Shown piece by piece: positions 23,482 through 24,000 of a stretch of 24,000 bases of DNA. A program made the translations under genes and the position numbers. This DNA comes from an uncultured Coriobacteriales bacterium (GTDB taxonomy: Bacteria > Actinomycetota > Coriobacteriia > Coriobacteriales > UMGS124). The notes beneath the pieces are model-generated. The model was given only the letters and a program-made list of their open reading frames with translations, was not told the origin of the DNA and made no database searches. Position 1 is the stretch's first letter. Each line of letters starts with the position of its first letter. The stretch spans positions 3,253 to 27,252 of the forward strand of contig CAIFEU010000014.1 in assembly GCA_903789505.1 (NCBI GenBank), given 5' to 3'.

Positions 23482-23571
23482 AACGAGCAGAGGTCCCGTC
23501 TCGTCCGCGTGGGGGCGCCCGCGGCGGGTGCGGCGTCTTTGCGGGCAAGCCGGAGGGGCGGGGCGGCGACC

Positions 23572-24000
23572 ATGCGCATCACCGAGGGGCAGCGGCGCAC
23601 GCTGCGGGAATGGAACGACGCGATTCGCAGGATTGACGGGGAGTACGACCGCGTCGCACGTGTGGCGGGGCTCTCCCCCAATGCGTTCGACATCCTGTAC
23701 ACGCTGTACGCGGAGGGGGAGGGCTGCTCGCAGAGGGAGCTGTGCGAGCGCTGCTACTCCAACAAGCAGACCGTCAACTCCACGGTCCATCGCCTCGCTG
23801 AGCAGGGCGTCGTGAGCCTCGGGCGCACGGGCTCGCGCAGCTCGTGCGTCGAGCTCACGCCGCAGGGCCGTCGGCTGGCAGAGGTCGTCGTCGACCCCGT
23901 GGCGCGCGCCGAGCTCGCCTCGCTCGAGGCGAGGCGGCTCTCGCGGGACGAGCTCGCGGGGGGAGGCCCCGCCTCCGAGGCGCCGTCCGAGCCGTCGGCG
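23572..24000 (+). CDS. MarR-family transcriptional regulator, 5' part (runs off the window end, so absent from the ORF track)
   Basis: My own translation from ATG 23572 in frame 1: MRITEGQRRTLREWNDAIRRIDGEYDRVARVAGLSPNAFDILYTLYAEGEGCSQRELCERCYSNKQTVNSTVHRLAEQGVVSLGR...VELTPQGRRLAE. This is a winged-helix MarR pattern. The frame is open for all 143 codons to base 24000. Confidence 0.75.
   Translation, partial: MRITEGQRRTLREWNDAIRRIDGEYDRVARVAGLSPNAFDILYTLYAEGEGCSQRELCERCYSNKQTVNSTVHRLAEQGVVSLGRTGSRSSCVELTPQGRRLAEVVVDPVARAELASLEARRLSRDELAGGGPASEAPSEPSA

Overview
Very GC-rich window (roughly two thirds to 70 % by eye). Gene content looks actinobacterial and specifically Coriobacteriia/Eggerthellaceae-like, which is an inference from the Tat-exported flavin reductases paired with membrane-spanning LuxR regulators. 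Left to right: (1) 3' end of an NSS-family Na+ symporter. (2) A ~410-bp non-coding spacer made of tandem G/C-hairpin repeats. (3) Two tandem paralogous secreted lipocalin-like proteins on the minus strand. (4) A divergent two-gene operon: Tat-signal/lipobox flavodoxin plus a His-containing DUF4405-like membrane protein. (5) An AT-rich promoter island. (6) A frameshift-split polytopic LuxR-type regulator, followed by a Tat-exported FMN_bind+FAD reductase. (7) A TetR regulator divergently paired with a second Tat-signal FAD reductase that carries a C-terminal CXXCH motif. (8) A relB/relE toxin-antitoxin pair. (9) A prsW-like intramembrane protease and a small zincin metallopeptidase, both minus strand. 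(10) A 0.9-kb non-coding gap. (11) pstC-pstA-pstB-pstB-phoU-response regulator-histidine kinase, with no pstS. (12) A 0.5-kb non-coding region sharing a repeat with the gap upstream of pstC. (13) The 5' part of a MarR regulator. I saw no rRNA, tRNA, CRISPR array, transposase or integrase. Most long ORFs in the track that lie antisense to these genes are high-GC artefacts. The best candidate for an undescribed system is the exported, lipid-anchored flavodoxin + DUF4405-like pair, which sits next to two anchorless exported flavin reductases. It may be an extracytoplasmic electron-delivery module. All family assignments are motif recognition by eye and need HMM/BLAST confirmation.
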